From Catajapyx aquilonaris (taxonomy: Eukaryota), in assembly GCA_000934665.2 (NCBI GenBank), contig JYFJ02002105.1, positions 1 to 63,048 of the forward strand: DNA of 63,048 nt. Reading direction: 5' to 3'. Positions 49,001 through 63,048 of the stretch are shown one piece after another (within the stretch, counting starts at the first letter, position 1; each line of letters opens with the position of its first letter). Below the pieces are notes generated by a model, which ran no database searches, was not told the DNA's origin, and saw nothing but the letters and a program-made list of their open reading frames with translations. The translations under genes were made by a program, and so were the position numbers.

Positions 49001-51629
49001 TTAAGAGACACAAAACTGGAGGAAAGGTTGCAAGCAAGGGCTGCTCACAAGTGGGTGTATACAGCATGGCACAATAATAAGCACAACTGTTTTTAGTCCA
49101 GTTGTATATATGATTTCGCTTTAAGTTTGATTCCGGTGAGTGGCATATAATTCGAATAATGTATATTTCTAAGAGGGTTTTGAGCCGATTGCGACCGCAG
49201 TGCAAGGGTGCGAATCAGCATGCTATCGGCGTGGGCAAACCGTGCCATGTGGTCAAGAGTCCCTCGTGAAGAGCCCTCGAACGGCCATGTTTGAGCCTAT
49301 AGGGGGGTGGGGGGGACATGAAGCACAGGCACTGCATCACGCAGCACTGATTTATGAAAACGGCCGTCTGCGCCTCATTGTGGTGATCGCGGGGCCAAAT
49401 GAGCTCCATATGTAAATGTTAGCGATGGGCCACAAAGGATGGGCGGCGTTTCCAACCACCCTGTTTCCCCCCTTCAGTCGCATATACACAGGGCTCAGCA
49501 CTATTGCCACTACAGGGTGCAACCACCCATGGACCACTACAGACTTCCACTTCAGACCGGTTGTCGGAAAAATGAATCGGATGAGGGAGAGAGGTGAACC
49601 GTTTTGAGAGAGGCTCTGCAGTCCGCTCCACTGGCTCCGATTGCAGATTTACCTCAAAGATGGCTCTATGTCGCGGAAAAGAGCCCGCATGTTAACTCAA
49701 TCCCTGGCGCCAAGTGGGCCTTTGGTTTTGGAGGCAAGTGCAACCCGGGGGGGTATACAGTTAAACAATTCAAAATCCAGCCACTCCCCAGCAGCGCCAT
49801 CCAATAAATTAAAAACAAAATGTGATTCCGTTCATCAGAGCGAATATATCCACAGTCGAGCGATCACACACATTAAACCGCAACGATGACAAAACGCTGC
49901 CGTATCGCATTAGGGCTGCAAATTGTCCATTAACCTGCCCTCTCTCGCTGTTTATGAATATTCATTGCGAAAACAAATTCTATTGGCTTGCCTGGCAGCA
50001 GCTGGGAACAGCAAGGGGCAGACCCAAAATAATTGACGCTAAACTTGTCCCATCGGGTTGTGTATATGTGTAGTGCGCGTCGATTTGCATAATATGTGAT
50101 TGGCTGCAGTAATTTAGCTCGTACATGCAAAATGATCGAAAATAATTTTTTTTGCAAACACCCTGTGTAATGTGCGTTGGCTGTGCAATTGTTGGGGCAG
50201 TGAGTGAAAGCAGAGAACGTTGGGACAAGCAGCTAGGAGACGGGGGGAAAGCGCTGACAAACTCTTTGGCCGCATTTTCTTTCGCTCGCAAATTGTTTCC
50301 CATCTGTCTGAATGAGCCGATCCAAACAGGTTGATTAAAGCGACCGTTCGCGCGCTCAATTCTTCCCCAGCCTTCCCAATTACACTTGATTGAAAAAGAA
50401 GATTGGTTCGTAACATTCATTGGCAACTTGCCTCCGGAACAAGGGGACCTGGGACCGGAATTGTTCCCGGACGCTGTAGCACCAGTTTGCGCTATAACAC
50501 CCACTCCAACACGCAAAAAAACACGGCTCGAATGTACAGGAGGATGCAAAAAGTGCCTCCAAAAAAACGAGGCACTGCTGATCGCATTGTTATAATAAAA
50601 CGCAAGTGTCATCGATGAGCAAAATTGTATAGTTACTGGCATACAAATATGTAAACAAATTAATTATAATTGTCTGGAGCACCTTGTACATGTCCACCAC
50701 ATGGCAGAGCGTCACATGCAGCATGCCTATAGACAACAACAACAGAAAAAAAACTCTCTGTGCAGTTCTGTACTGCTGGCAAAATTGAGTGCCGGCAACC
50801 ACAATGAGCTGATATGCAAACAATGGCTCTCGTTGCGAATTTGCATCCGACTCGCTGGCTTTTGAAAACATTACATGTATTAACGTCATCTCAATAACCC
50901 AGCCATGTGGACATATGTTGCCCGGCAACAATCCCCAGCCCTTTTATTCATGCGAATACATTTTCAGCTTTTTCTCTCTCTATATGTCTCTTCATGGTGA
51001 TGATGCTTGGATTACACTTGTATCCAACCTGAAGCCATCAGATGGCCACTATGGCGGCTATAGTCCTGCCCTGTTTGCCACTTGTTTTGAAGGAACTTGC
51101 CAAGATGCTTATCGGTTCGTTAATTAGCTGAGGTCATGCCATCAAGGGTCAGGCCTTAGACGAAATGTAATTAACGGTAGCGAATTGCTTCATTTATTGA
51201 CTGTGTCCATGGTAACATCACGAGGCATATATGTAAGTGCATTGCAAAAATATTGTTTATTCACTGTGTCACTGTCGGCTTCGCATCTAGAGATAAATCA
51301 AGCTGACACGACAAAAGGTAAATGTATTTCGCAAGTTGACTTTGTTAACGCGGTTACATCGAGTCCGCACAACAATAAAGAGGGATGAGCCACGCCATAT
51401 TTCATGCACTAAACAGGATTTAAAGCTTCTTATCTCTCCATCTACGTTATGCAACCAACAACTAACATTGGAGGGCTCACCTTTTTTTTCTCTCTTTTTC
51501 CTGCGTCTATTTTTCCCCCCCGGATAATACGATTAAAGATACGCCGCGGTCGAGACGTGAGGACATTCTCTTTATCCGAGGCGAGTTGTGCGACAGACAC
51601 ACCCCAAACGCGTCCAGATTGACTGGTTG

Positions 51630-51805
51630 AACCCGCCCAATTCCACGCCTACATTGGGTGCTCCGTCCAATGGGATGATGTGAAAACCCGCCCCTCCATG
51701 TTCCGGAGGGGCTTGGTGGGGCGCATGGGGGGTGCTAAACAAAAGAGGCACGGTTTTCTGGGAGAGCTTATAAGCCGGGGGTCACTTATCGCGTGTTTCA
51801 AGTCT
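51630..51805 (+). promoter_or_regulatory. FoxD proximal promoter
   Basis: GC boxes CCGCCC (~51633, ~51688), CCAAT boxes (~51637, reverse ~51653, ~51667), forkhead-like TAAACAA (~51736) and TATA-like TATAAG at 51769-51774, ~70 nt upstream of the ATG. Confidence 0.6.
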
Positions 51806-51842
51806 GGTTATGGCGCGGCAGTGAGTGAGTTAGCTGTCTGGC

Positions 51843-53051
51843 ATGTGTTTGGCAATGGAGGTGGTGACGGTGAGTGACCTGGACGGGGTCAATCCGGATG
51901 ACTCGCCGCTGGACCTTAGGGGGGCCACGGTTGACTCGGACTGCGATTCGGACATTGGCGATATCAATGTGGATTCGGACGACGGTGAGCAGATGCAGCA
52001 GCAGGTCAGCCAGCCGGAGGTGCCGCAGGAGCCGGTGTCGGAGGTCAAATCGGACGATGAGTCCAAGGAGAAGAAGAACAACAGCATGGTGAAGCCGCCG
52101 TACTCGTACATCGCTCTGATCACCATGGCCATCCTGCAGTCGCCGCAGAAGAAGCTGACCCTCAGCGGCATCTGCGAGTTCATCATGAATCGGTTTCCGT
52201 ACTACAGAGAGAAGTTTCCGGCGTGGCAGAACAGCATCCGGCACAACCTGTCGCTGAACGACTGCTTCATCAAGATTCCTCGAGAGCCTGGCAACCCGGG
52301 GAAGGGCAACTACTGGACGCTCGACCCGATGGCCGAGGACATGTTCGACAACGGAAGCTTCCTCCGACGAAGGAAGCGGTACAAGAGGCAGCAGCCGGAC
52401 TTCTTCAGAGACGCCGCCGCCGCCGCCCTCCTGGTGGGTCAAGACCCTTACCACCCCATACTGAGCCCACACCACCCGCTGCACCATCACCATCACCACC
52501 ATCCGGTCCACCACCACAACCCGTACCCGTTCCTGACCCCGCTGCCCCCCGCTGTGCCCCTGCTGGGACCATCCGAGCTGGCGCGTCTTTCCCTAGCGCC
52601 GCTCAACCTCAACCCTTTTGCCCTTCCGAAACCGATACCGGTCAGCACCAGTCATCTGGTCGCAACATTGAAGAGCAGCACCCCGGGGCCGACCACCAGC
52701 AAGAACAACAATGGGTTCAGCATCGACAGCATCATGGGGAACAAGAGCGATCAGGTGACCAAGCCCACTCCGATGGCACCCAGGATGACCCCTGCCTCGG
52801 CCACGCTGCAGGCCATCAAGTCGAGAGCCGCGGCTTCCACGTCGTCAGCGTCGCCAGCGTCCGTGTCGCCGCCTGTCAGCAGGAGCTTGGAGTCGGCCTT
52901 CGCACCTCCCGTGCCGGTCACCAGCTTGACCCTGATGGGTCACCACAACCCGCATCAGGGGCTGGACAAGTACAGGCACTACTGCGCGGGAGCTGCGTCC
53001 CTGTCGCCCGCGGCCGCAGCCGCAGCCGCTGCAGCCGGATGGGCCCGGTGA
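51843..53051 (+). CDS. FoxD: Forkhead box D transcription factor (FoxD; fd59A/FoxD3-like), single coding exon
   Basis: 402-aa ORF (the ATG at 51855 has better Kozak context). FoxD-class forkhead domain [99 protein letters not shown], acidic N-terminus, His run, eh1 motif FSIDSIM and poly-Ala tail. Confidence 0.97.
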   Translation: MCLAMEVVTVSDLDGVNPDDSPLDLRGATVDSDCDSDIGDINVDSDDGEQMQQQVSQPEVPQEPVSEVKSDDESKEKKNNSMVKPPYSYIALITMAILQSPQKKLTLSGICEFIMNRFPYYREKFPAWQNSIRHNLSLNDCFIKIPREPGNPGKGNYWTLDPMAEDMFDNGSFLRRRKRYKRQQPDFFRDAAAAALLVGQDPYHPILSPHHPLHHHHHHHPVHHHNPYPFLTPLPPAVPLLGPSELARLSLAPLNLNPFALPKPIPVSTSHLVATLKSSTPGPTTSKNNNGFSIDSIMGNKSDQVTKPTPMAPRMTPASATLQAIKSRAAASTSSASPASVSPPVSRSLESAFAPPVPVTSLTLMGHHNPHQGLDKYRHYCAGAASLSPAAAAAAAAAGWAR

Positions 53052-56000
53052 GCTAGCAGCCGATACGAAGGTCACTGCAGGTCAGAGTATTGCTATCGGT
53101 GGGGGCACCCGGCCGACGGACATTGGTAATGTTGAGGGGGGAAAGGTCAAAGGGGATTACACACTCGAATTGGGCCGGAGGCAGCAGTTGCAATTATTAA
53201 GCAAAATCAGCTTGTATACATTTTCACCCAATCAATTGATTTATTGTCATTAATATAAGTTCCTGCAGTCTTTTTATGTTATACGTAATGGCCAAGTTTT
53301 ATTGCACTATTATTGAAGGATTATCTGAATTTTAAACTAGGAGCTTTTGTTTCATCTCAGGCCCGTTTGCGAATTTGTTTGTTCGTTTCTGAAATTGCTT
53401 ACCTGATGATATAAATTTGCATATTTTCTAGACTCTAACATGCGATCCTTCTCAATTCCTAATCAGTATTTTTTGGGGGCATTATGCTGATGACCCGCCT
53501 CAAACTGCTATGATTAATTATCTCTTAGAGACGAGCCATTAGTCGCAAGGTTGCAATATAGACTGATTTAAAGTGATAATAATCACCAACGAGTCAATGT
53601 GGATTTTGTTGCAGACTTAGCGCTAATATTGCGTGTTCCTTTTTATTTCCGCGGGCATGACCTGTAGTAAGCGTAATGACCCACCAAACAGCGATGTACA
53701 TAATTATAGAAATGAGTTATAGTGTGCCAAAAGAAAAATTCCGAGAACTGTCCTTTGGACCGTTCCACTTGCCAAAGAACTCGACTGGGACATTTAATTT
53801 ATTTATACCGCGTAAATATTATTGTGAATGTAAAATGATGGTACATATAATTATTATCATTATTAGTGCGTATGAGTGTGTGAATACTGTACATGTAGTG
53901 GATGTATTTCGAGTTCACTAATATTGTGTTGTACTTGTACATACATAATGATCGTCCATGTCCTGCTGTGTATAAGTTATACCTCCCTTATATAGATGTT
54001 GACTCTTGTTAAGTTGTGAAAATTAAACGAAACGCTGGACTCTGGGAGCATTCCTGAATAACTGTTGGCAGCATATCCACCCTGTAGTTATACACAGTGT
54101 TTCTGAAATGAAAACATTGATCAGTGACACAACCGAAGGAAAAAAAAAACGTAGTGTGCTTCTTATTGTTGCTTAGAGGACCATCTCAGTGCACTACGCA
54201 AGAATGATAGTACAAACGAATTTTTTGTAAATAAATGCAGTGCGATGTGAGGAAATATATAGTATGTGTACATCTTCAAATTTGCATTCTTTCAATTGTG
54301 TTTTACCTGTTGTGGGGGGAAAACCTACCAGCATATACACTCTGAAATGTTTTGAGAACTGGATTGATTTTTTAAAACTCAATATTTGAGTCATATTGCT
54401 CTGATTTTTATCCTGAAATTGCTCAAACTCTGAAGTTGATAAATTGAAATATTTCTCTAAATTTTTTAGAGTGATATTATGGACAATTATCGACCCAGTT
54501 TGTGTTGGTGGGTTTGGCGTTACAGCTCCCCCGAAGACCAAACCTTCTCTTTTTTTCCGAGGCCCTCCCGACCGCTCAAATACACGACATTGCCATCTCG
54601 GAAGCCCCAAAGCGGAAAAGTTACCGCATGCTTTTATACGCTGGATGCGCTACACTTTCTTCGCGAAACGGGTTGTGTTGTCGCCCTGGGCACCACTGCG
54701 CCAAAAACGACACTACAAACGCATTTGTCACTCCAACGCTGCTGGAAAACTGGTTTGCAACTCGCCACATTTCCAGCTACTGTTTCCACTGCGACACGTA
54801 AGTTACTTGTCGTCATGTGCGTGGGAAGGGTGTGATGACGGACAAAATTTTTTTGTTTCAATTTCTGGGGAAAAAATGTTTTCTTATCGTATGTACGACT
54901 TATCGCAATGTGAATATTTACTTCCGCGGAAAAATGAGGCTTGAGAGGTGGATAATGATAGCAAGGTGTTACAATTAGATTAGTGACCATGACTCAGATT
55001 TTTTTTTCGAGTTCATCTTGCCTAAATATTGACAGAGCAATACACAATGGAAACGTTTCATTATATTTTGTGACATTATACAGCTGTCTTGAGATTACTT
55101 CCCTTCCTCTGACGATAAGCATGAAACATCTGGCCCTTTTGTTGCAATTACAATGTGATGGCGCAATGTTGTGTAAATTGTGAAGAAATCATCCCGCTCA
55201 TAAAACCTGCATAGTATAAATTCAACAACAGCAACAATTTAATATGGAACTGGTGACGAAAATCCTTGTTTAATCATCCACGTACAAGCCTTATCAAGAA
55301 ATTGTTTCCTCTTAGAGGTTAAAATGAGGTATGCCTGCTGAACATGCTTTCCTTAATTGCGTTAATAGCATGTATAGCTTTGTATTTACAGGAAATTGCG
55401 GCTGAGCCTGTGGAAATCTTATGAAAATATTGACAAAGGCTCGTCTAATCTGTACACCCGGAAATTTTCAGGTACATTGATCTACACCGCTGCGATTATT
55501 TTTCCCTTTTTTGTTGATATACGCCTGACCGTGAAACATGAGCCTAAGGATTCCGATTCTAGGCTCTGCTAAATCCCAAGGGATCAGTTCGGTCGGGCCC
55601 AATTTTTTCCTGGAAATTTCAAGTCAACCACGAAGCTTTTTTCCCCCCTCTACTGTTCCTCCTGATCTGATTGAAGAGTCCCCTGCGAGCCATTAATCTG
55701 TGCCGGGTCCTTCTGGGGGTTTAAACAATAACCCCTTCGGAGTCTGCAGGAGAAGAGGATCCCCCTCGTTTGTCTCCTCCTTTTTCCCCCCCTCCTTCTA
55801 CTTGATAAATGAAACCCAAACATTCCAGATGAGCAGCTACCTCTTTTGAGCGGCGGCCAACAAGTGCCAACCACACCATACCTCCTTATATCCCTTGACA
55901 AGCAAGCGTCTCGGTCGCCAGCATTTTCAGAAATAGGGCCCTTTGCCTCTCTCTGCCACAGCACTATATGCTGTATAACTAACTACTCCACTGCTTGGCT

Positions 56001-59000
56001 TGGCCCTAATTCCCGCCGGTCCTATCAGTTTCACTCGAGGAATGTCTCCGACCCTTTTCTCATGCTTCTTTGCAGGATTCCAGGCGAACCGCACACTGAC
56101 CTGGGACGAGACGGGGCTGTACTGTTATGATTGTACACATAGTATGTACCAACTTTGCAGGTGACTGCGAGGGCGGGAGTTTGTTGTTGTAAGGTGAACT
56201 TATTTTTACTGCTGTTCTCGACTGTTGGGTGTATAACTGTCAGTCGTCGGATTCAGGCATCGTCCAAACCGGCGTCCTATACATAGTGTATATGAAATAC
56301 CATCTGAATTCATGAGTGGTTTCTGACCGTGAAATGGCAACTGAGATTCAATGTCAACTCATATAGATATAACATTATTAATTTGAACTGTTCCAAACTT
56401 GTTATGACGTAAATAATAAATCAGACACAACTCCAAAAAAAATAACAGGCATGTATACTCGTATATACATCTTGACGTTAGAATCGTATTAGCTTTTTAT
56501 TTTGTGCAAAATATTCTTATCCTTTCTGTACGTCAATGTTTACTGCTTTTGAATGATAAGATTGCACAAACTAGCTCAGCTAATCTTTTCATGAATAAGA
56601 CAATTTTCAATTTAAGTAAAATATTTGATGGGATCAAAGAAAAATTACTCAAGGAATTGCGTATTGAGCCAGGTCAAACAGATTTATCACAGGAAAGCAC
56701 ATGGTGATATATTTAAAGTCGAATGAAAAGCTACTCGGAATGTACAGCTGAGAGAGATTAAGGATTAATTGTTATAAATGAATTAATTGACCCAATTGAA
56801 CTTTTACTACAACCTAAGACTTAGGTATTCGTGCATCTTATGGCGTTACTATTGCAATAATAGGAAACGATTTTGCTATCTTTTACTGTAGCGCGTTATA
56901 TGCAAACTTACAGGCCTATACGAAACATTGTACATGTAATACACTATGAAAACGAACGTTTCAGCTGGCGTTTGATTTGCATAATATTAACTTATATAAT
57001 ATTTACTACAGTAGTTGCCTATATCTCCTTGTTCCGAGTTGTGCACTGTATATACAAGTTTACAGCATTGCTGTAGCCTATAGCGTAAGCAATTTTATGG
57101 AAGCAGTACTGCCAATGGATCATTTTTTGTAAAGTAATCTTTTCTGGGCCTTAAAATAGAATTTACTACGCAATCTGAGCACAATCCAAAAAAGGAAAAG
57201 TAGTTGTTATGAGTTGTTTACCCCAGTAACCTGTCAAATTATTGTTTTCTTATATACGGTATGTGGTTTTTGCAACAGTCAGGGCCAAACCACGTGATTG
57301 TTGCTTCTATTTAATTTTGTGTTTGTCGCCATTAATTCTCCACCGTGCTTTAGCCTCATTACTCGCCGTATTATTGGAGGTGTCAACTATAGTAGTTAGC
57401 CACCGGATATGTCGATTACTCAATATATCTGTCACTCCAGATAGAGGCTTAAATTAATATTAGTTCAACCCCCAGTTTCGAGTACAATATCCATCATTCA
57501 GGCAGAATGTCAGGATAATATATTTCCGAGAAGGGTATTAGAGCGGATAGGAAGCAAAAAAAGGGGGCGATAAGGAAGAAACTGGGCAAAAAGGAAGGCC
57601 CTGTCCTCTGATTAGGGAGTATAGAAGCTAACTCAAGGCGGCATGAAGTAAAAGTCGTTCCCTTTTGGGCCCCCCCTACTCTCCCTTTACGTCTCTCGAA
57701 AAACCAGAGCCCTGCCAGGAATCCTTCCAACGTGTTGTGTTAGTTAACTGCCTCGTTTGTTTTTGAAATGGCCAAGATGAATGGGGGTCTACCCGAAATA
57801 GGCCTAGTCAGTCGGAAGGACCAGATGGGTACCGCCCTCTTTCTTGCCTCACAAAACCTTGACTCATTTCACCCCCCCTCCGGCCAACTCAAAACCCCTT
57901 GTATATATCAGGGATCCATCAAATAAGAAGGATGCAATATTATCACTTTGTTAAAAACTTGGTCGGATTAGGTTTAGTTATTGCTACACCAACGTTTTTC
58001 TCGTCGTCAAACCGCCTTCCTTTGTCGGATTAAACCGAGTCTTCTAAAAGCGAGGATGTGTTTCATAATATGTCTTTATCTTGTCGATGGATCTTGTAAT
58101 AACAGGCCATCTCTCGTAGGCAACTTCCTGGGGTGTTATTTCCTCGTTTATGGCGGCTGTAAAGAGCTCTGGGCTATCGCTGTTGGAAAACACACATCAT
58201 GCGAGGTGAGCTTACTAAACAAATAATCGACATTAGATTTCTCGAATCTTCCAGCCCTGAGTGGAAGAGAGTTCAAAGGAAGCCGGCCGAGTTGTGCCAA
58301 ACCAGGGGATAAATCAATGGTGACATGGTGTCCGTGATGGTAACCGATCCATTTATTGATAACAGTTGAAAACCCTCTTTCTTTTGAGTATAAGCCGGTA
58401 TTTTATTCAAAATCTATACATTGAAAATAACAGTATTGTTTTTTTCATTGCAAGCAAATTTTGCGCGCATGATTTTTAAAAAATTGCAAGTTAATATGTT
58501 AACACCCTTGGGTATATTATTACCATCATGTAACTACAGCTCCTCTCCCCTCTTCTTCATCTGTTTCCGCTTTGTCTGGCAGAGGCAGCAAATTAGTCCC
58601 AATTTGTCAGCTTTAATAGAGTGGTTGGGGGGGCTTCTCGTTACTAACTAGGTTGCATGCTTGGCCGTTACTGCCAGATGCCGACGCCTCTGCTGCCGAC
58701 TCGTTTGATAACCATATTACACCAGTCGGAGAAATAAGGTTTTACAGAACACTGGTGTGTATATAGAAACTCACCAGCGAAGATTATCATCTGGCTGGGC
58801 TTGGAATTGGATCCGTTGGGTAAAGCCTCGCTCATCTTGCCAGAGGAGTTAACTCCACTCCATGAACTGCTATTGCCGACAATTGCCCCGGATTTCCGAG
58901 CAGAATTTCAATCTTGGGGGCTTCAGACGGAAGGGGCCGAGTCATTATTATTCCTCTGGATCTGCAGTCGAAAAGACTATCGCAAATGTAGATACAGCAA

Positions 59001-62000
59001 CGCCAGAGTAAGGCCAACCATCTATACTTAAGCTTACACGTGATATTCGTACAAAATAAGTTGATGATAGTTGTCAGTCAAATGCTGTCAGTGATTCGTT
59101 GCGACTCACCCTGTATAATAGAAGTGCAAGAAAAGTTTCAGATATAGCGCATTTCGGTGTACTGAATAATGCACAGCATAATTCTGCATTGTTTTTTCGC
59201 CAGCACTATAATGTTAGTCCACTAAAGCGAGTACTGGACCTAGGGCAATGTCTCTCGAGTAATGAAAATTCTCCCTCTCGCATTATATAATACGTGAGAT
59301 GCAAGCATTTTAGTTCAGAATGTCGGAATCTAGCTACAGGAAAATGCTTTCCAGCAGTTGAATAATTTCCTTCTTTTTCTGGATTTTTTTTTTCTCTCTC
59401 TCTCTCTCAAAAAAATGGACGTAATCATATTTTCAAGCGTGCATTAATGTACGAGCAACATTTAATGCGACAGAAATCGCCTAATATAAATCCCTCTGAC
59501 AATGGAATGATTCGGCCCGATTTTTCAGTCTTATCTTTTTAAGTAGGCAACGGATTGTTGACTCCATCAGCAACCATCAGTTGTAAACTTTTAATGGGTT
59601 GCTGGGGGTAAACAATCCGTATAACTTCTTCCCATATTCACGGACTTGGGCAGTGACACCACTTTCTCCTGCCAGAAGAATTAGTGTCAGTGTTTTGGAA
59701 GAGCCCTTTTTGTCAGTTGCGACTGCTGGAACATGGCTGAGAGAAAAGGAATATCCTGCAGATGGGGGGTGAAATGTATTAGGAGCGGTGAGCATATAAA
59801 GAGGGCGGTGTGGGAATGCAAAAGAGAATGAGACTTGGGGGACCACCGAGGTGGCAGTGGTCGGAACGACAAACAGAAGAAAATCCTGGTGTTTACTGGG
59901 CTTGGCGGGTGTATCCTCCTTGGTTCCTTTGCTTGGCTATAGAGACGTGCGCCGAGGCTGATCCAGGCTCAGGTAATGTCAACACCAACCAAGCTCCTGG
60001 AGAAGACGGATTATTCCCTTCCCAGTTTTCATGAGGGTAGAGGCCAAATTACATGCATTGGCACAGTTTTGTACTATACTACCAAACACCCAAAGCAGAG
60101 ATTGAAATGTGTCAGGGCACTAGCAAAATACTAGAAGCCATTCCCCCCTTTTGCTGCTGCTTGGAGGTCATAAAACTTGGCCTAAAAATACACCGCCGGA
60201 AGGACCCAGTGTCACGGCTCGGGCCATAAAGCCCCCTCGTTTTGTCTGTGCCTTTTGCTGATGTTTCCTAACTGATGTCCAGTTCTGTGAAAATGGTAGC
60301 ATCCCCCAGCTTCCTCTTTTTTTTCGTATTTGGAGGCGGGAGTATATATGGTCCGGGAAACAATGCCTTCCTCTCGGGGGCAGCTGGCGGATGCACACAA
60401 GAGCAATAATTTATTCATCTGTGTCGCGGATGGATGTCGTCGTTGCCGTCGAGCAGTGGAAAGCACTTGGGCTCTGGGAGAGGAAGCGGTCCAAGTTGGG
60501 CCGGAAAGAGATGGAGCTGCGGTCGGCGGGTGGTATTCGAACAGGGAAATTCCATTACAAGTCAGAACAACTTTTCCCGGGGCCCTGTTTCCACACCATC
60601 GATCCCGCCCCTATGTTGGGGTCTTCCTGGCCAAAACTTTTCCTTTCCATTCTCTCTGGAGCTGCTGGAAAGAGAATCCCTTCTCTCTCTCCAGCTCCAG
60701 AGAGACAGACTACTCTGCTGATTTCCAGTCGACGAGGCGAGAGAAGAAGAGAGAAAAAAAACTTTTTTTATGCAAATAGTTTTGTCAATGAGGCTCAAAT
60801 ATTTAGTCAGAGCTTTGGACGCCCGGGTTCCTCCAGGATAAACATGTTAGCCTGGAGTTTAGCTAGTGTTGCTGCTGGATAAAAGGAGACTCCAGCTCCT
60901 CTTGCGACTGAAGGAAGAACGTTGATGATTTCGTGAATCCCGCGATGGCTCAAATATTTAAACGCCCACTGGATAAACATGTTATCCAGGAGCCTGGAGT
61001 ATTCGTGATGGAAAAAAAAGAGACGAGAGCGCCACCTGTGTTGAGAGAAAACAACAAAAAAGGGGCGCCCGTGATCTATTAGCAACTGATGATGCCCATC
61101 TGACACCTAGTAATGAGTGGATAAACAGTAAGGCGAACGGACCTTTGTTCCAACCCCGGGCTAAATTTAGCAGGTTTACCCACTCTCTCGCCGTCGTTTG
61201 GAACAACTTGAAACAACTGTCTCTTCTCGCCTGAGAGCATTGGAAACTTGTCAAGCCACTTGAGATATCTTTTCCCTCCCCAACCCCACACCCTCCTCCC
61301 ACCCCTTAGTATGCACTTTGCAAAACTGAGCCCCCCATTTGCCAAGAGAAACAAGTCATCTTTCCAGAGGAATTTGTTGCCCCGTCCTCTTTGACCGCCG
61401 AAAGTCGTTTTCGCAAGACGTGTACTATTTCGGTGACAAATCTGCTGGGGGTTGATGAGGAATGTGTGGCGGTGACAACAAAGTTGCTGGAGAGGGGTGG
61501 GCCTGGTCTTAATGAAGTTGGACACATGGACAATTAGCATGGTGGGGCCTAAGTGGAATCAGCAGGACTTGGAAAAGAAGGAGCCATGCTGTCTGAGGAA
61601 GGTCCAGACCCGCCAACAGGGGTTTTCTTCTAGGGGATCTCCTCCCACTTCCTTTCCCATTTACGTTTTTCGGGGAGGAGGCGCAGCAGGGTCGGGATCA
61701 GGTTCGAGGACCCTTCTGGCCCCCCCACCATAAAGACAAACGTTTGGATCCGGAAGCCTGCCACATTGCCCTTTGGTGTCCGATGTACAGCTAAATTTTT
61801 TTGTGCACTGTTACCTATAGGCCGTGTAACTTCCCAATAACTTTCAGCAGTTAGAGATTGGCCGCACCCAGTCCTTTTCATCTCCTGTACTGTGTGAACG
61901 AACGGTCCGCATAAAACCCCCGCAATCGAGAGGGTACATTTCCGATCGAAGCTTGGCAAAGATCTTTACAACTGTGAATTGGACCCCTCTTGTCCATTTT

Positions 62001-63048
62001 CTCCCCGCCTTCATCATCAACCCTGTACACTTTCTCCCTCACAAGTTTCCAGCTGCAATTTGCCCATATTATGGCCCAAGTAGCCAAATGTGGCTCTGAC
62101 AATGGCGTCTCTTTTATATAACAGCGCCAGCCAGTCCTTCAAGTCAATAGTTACTTTGCATTCTTCCTTTCAAATCCAAGCAGGCCCCCCCTTGTATAGA
62201 TGTTCCAGCATTTTCCTACACGGTTTCCACTCTCGCCATTATATTCCCCTGGAAGAAGCACTCGTTATGCATTTTCCTCAGATTATGGGCGTGTATATAG
62301 GGTTGGTTGCTGTGGGGTTGAGGAGAGGCGGAGGGAGAAGAGTTTCTAAACTTTATCGGGTAATTTTGTCCACTTAAAACTCCGCTTTTAAAATTGGGCA
62401 GGCGTTGTAACGCTGCAGGCGGAGATCTTTTTTAATGCGGGAAACCAGCCTGGGAGAAGGAAGAAAAAAGAGGAGGAGGAGGGGGGCGGGGATTATATCG
62501 ATTCCTCTAATGACCTTCCTTGGGGTCTTGAAGAATTTCTTGCCCGTCAACGTGTAAAATAGGAATTCAGCACAAAGAGAGATGAAGGAGGGAGAGCCCA
62601 TCAGCACCTGAGACTCTCTTCTCCTTATATGACAAAGTTGGGCCACACATTACAAAAACGGACAGAACTGGTACATTATATTCTCATTACATAAGAAATG
62701 AACATTTTATTAGTGGTTGCATCAGAAATCATAGGAAACAGCGTTATTTTAGGACTATCGACAAATGAAATCTTTGCGAAACCGTTTCATTACGAATTTT
62801 CCATACTGATTTCATTTGCGTGCAAATAACGAGGATCCTCTTACACGACATTCTCATTTCCCTGCTTTTTTATTAACGTGGCTATTTATTGCAGAGATGT
62901 ATTCTAGGGAAAGTAATGAAAGACCAATAACAATTTATTGGCCAAGTCGTAACAACGCACAAACTTTATCTGGATACATTTGTTTCTGTGACGTCAATTT
63001 CTGCGGTGCTCCTTTTGCGAAAATAGCAAAATGAAAAGAAAAAAGTCT

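Noticed and set aside
49980..50642. 220-aa minus-strand ORF upstream of FoxD
   Set aside because: No domain, codon bias or splice support; an antisense lncRNA cannot be excluded.
51798..52517. 239-aa antisense ORF over the FoxD forkhead region
   Set aside because: Typical antisense shadow of a high-GC3 CDS; no recognisable domain.
52223..53056. 277-aa alternative-frame ORF inside FoxD
   Set aside because: Non-ATG start and low-complexity product; expected shadow of GC-rich codon usage.

Overview
Eukaryotic (invertebrate, probably arthropod) genomic DNA with four + strand protein-coding genes. (1) An F-box/leucine-rich-repeat gene with an intronless CDS (3011-4198). (2) A tiny two-exon gene for a 115-aa protein made almost entirely of three C2H2 zinc fingers (9463-10036), only partly caught by the ORF track. 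(3) A ZNG1/CBWD (COG0523 zinc metallochaperone GTPase) gene, reconstructed by hand as 13 coding exons over 28 kb (10606-38313, 366 aa, all introns GT-AG). (4) A single-exon FoxD gene (51843-53051). The CBWD-then-FoxD same-strand order matches human CBWD1-FOXD4. The 5' half of ZNG1 is CpG-poor and full of decayed transposons (SINE, mariner, hAT, Tc1-type MITEs). From about 21 kb onward the DNA is CpG-richer, nearly free of recognisable transposons and carries enhancer-like motif clusters, which suggests a FoxD regulatory domain reaching into the ZNG1 introns. The first 9 kb holds a modular E-box/CCAAT/CTCF-YY1-like repeat array, an RTE LINE fragment and TIR elements. No rRNA, genuine tRNA or CRISPR was seen. 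All calls are from reading the sequence; no searches were run.
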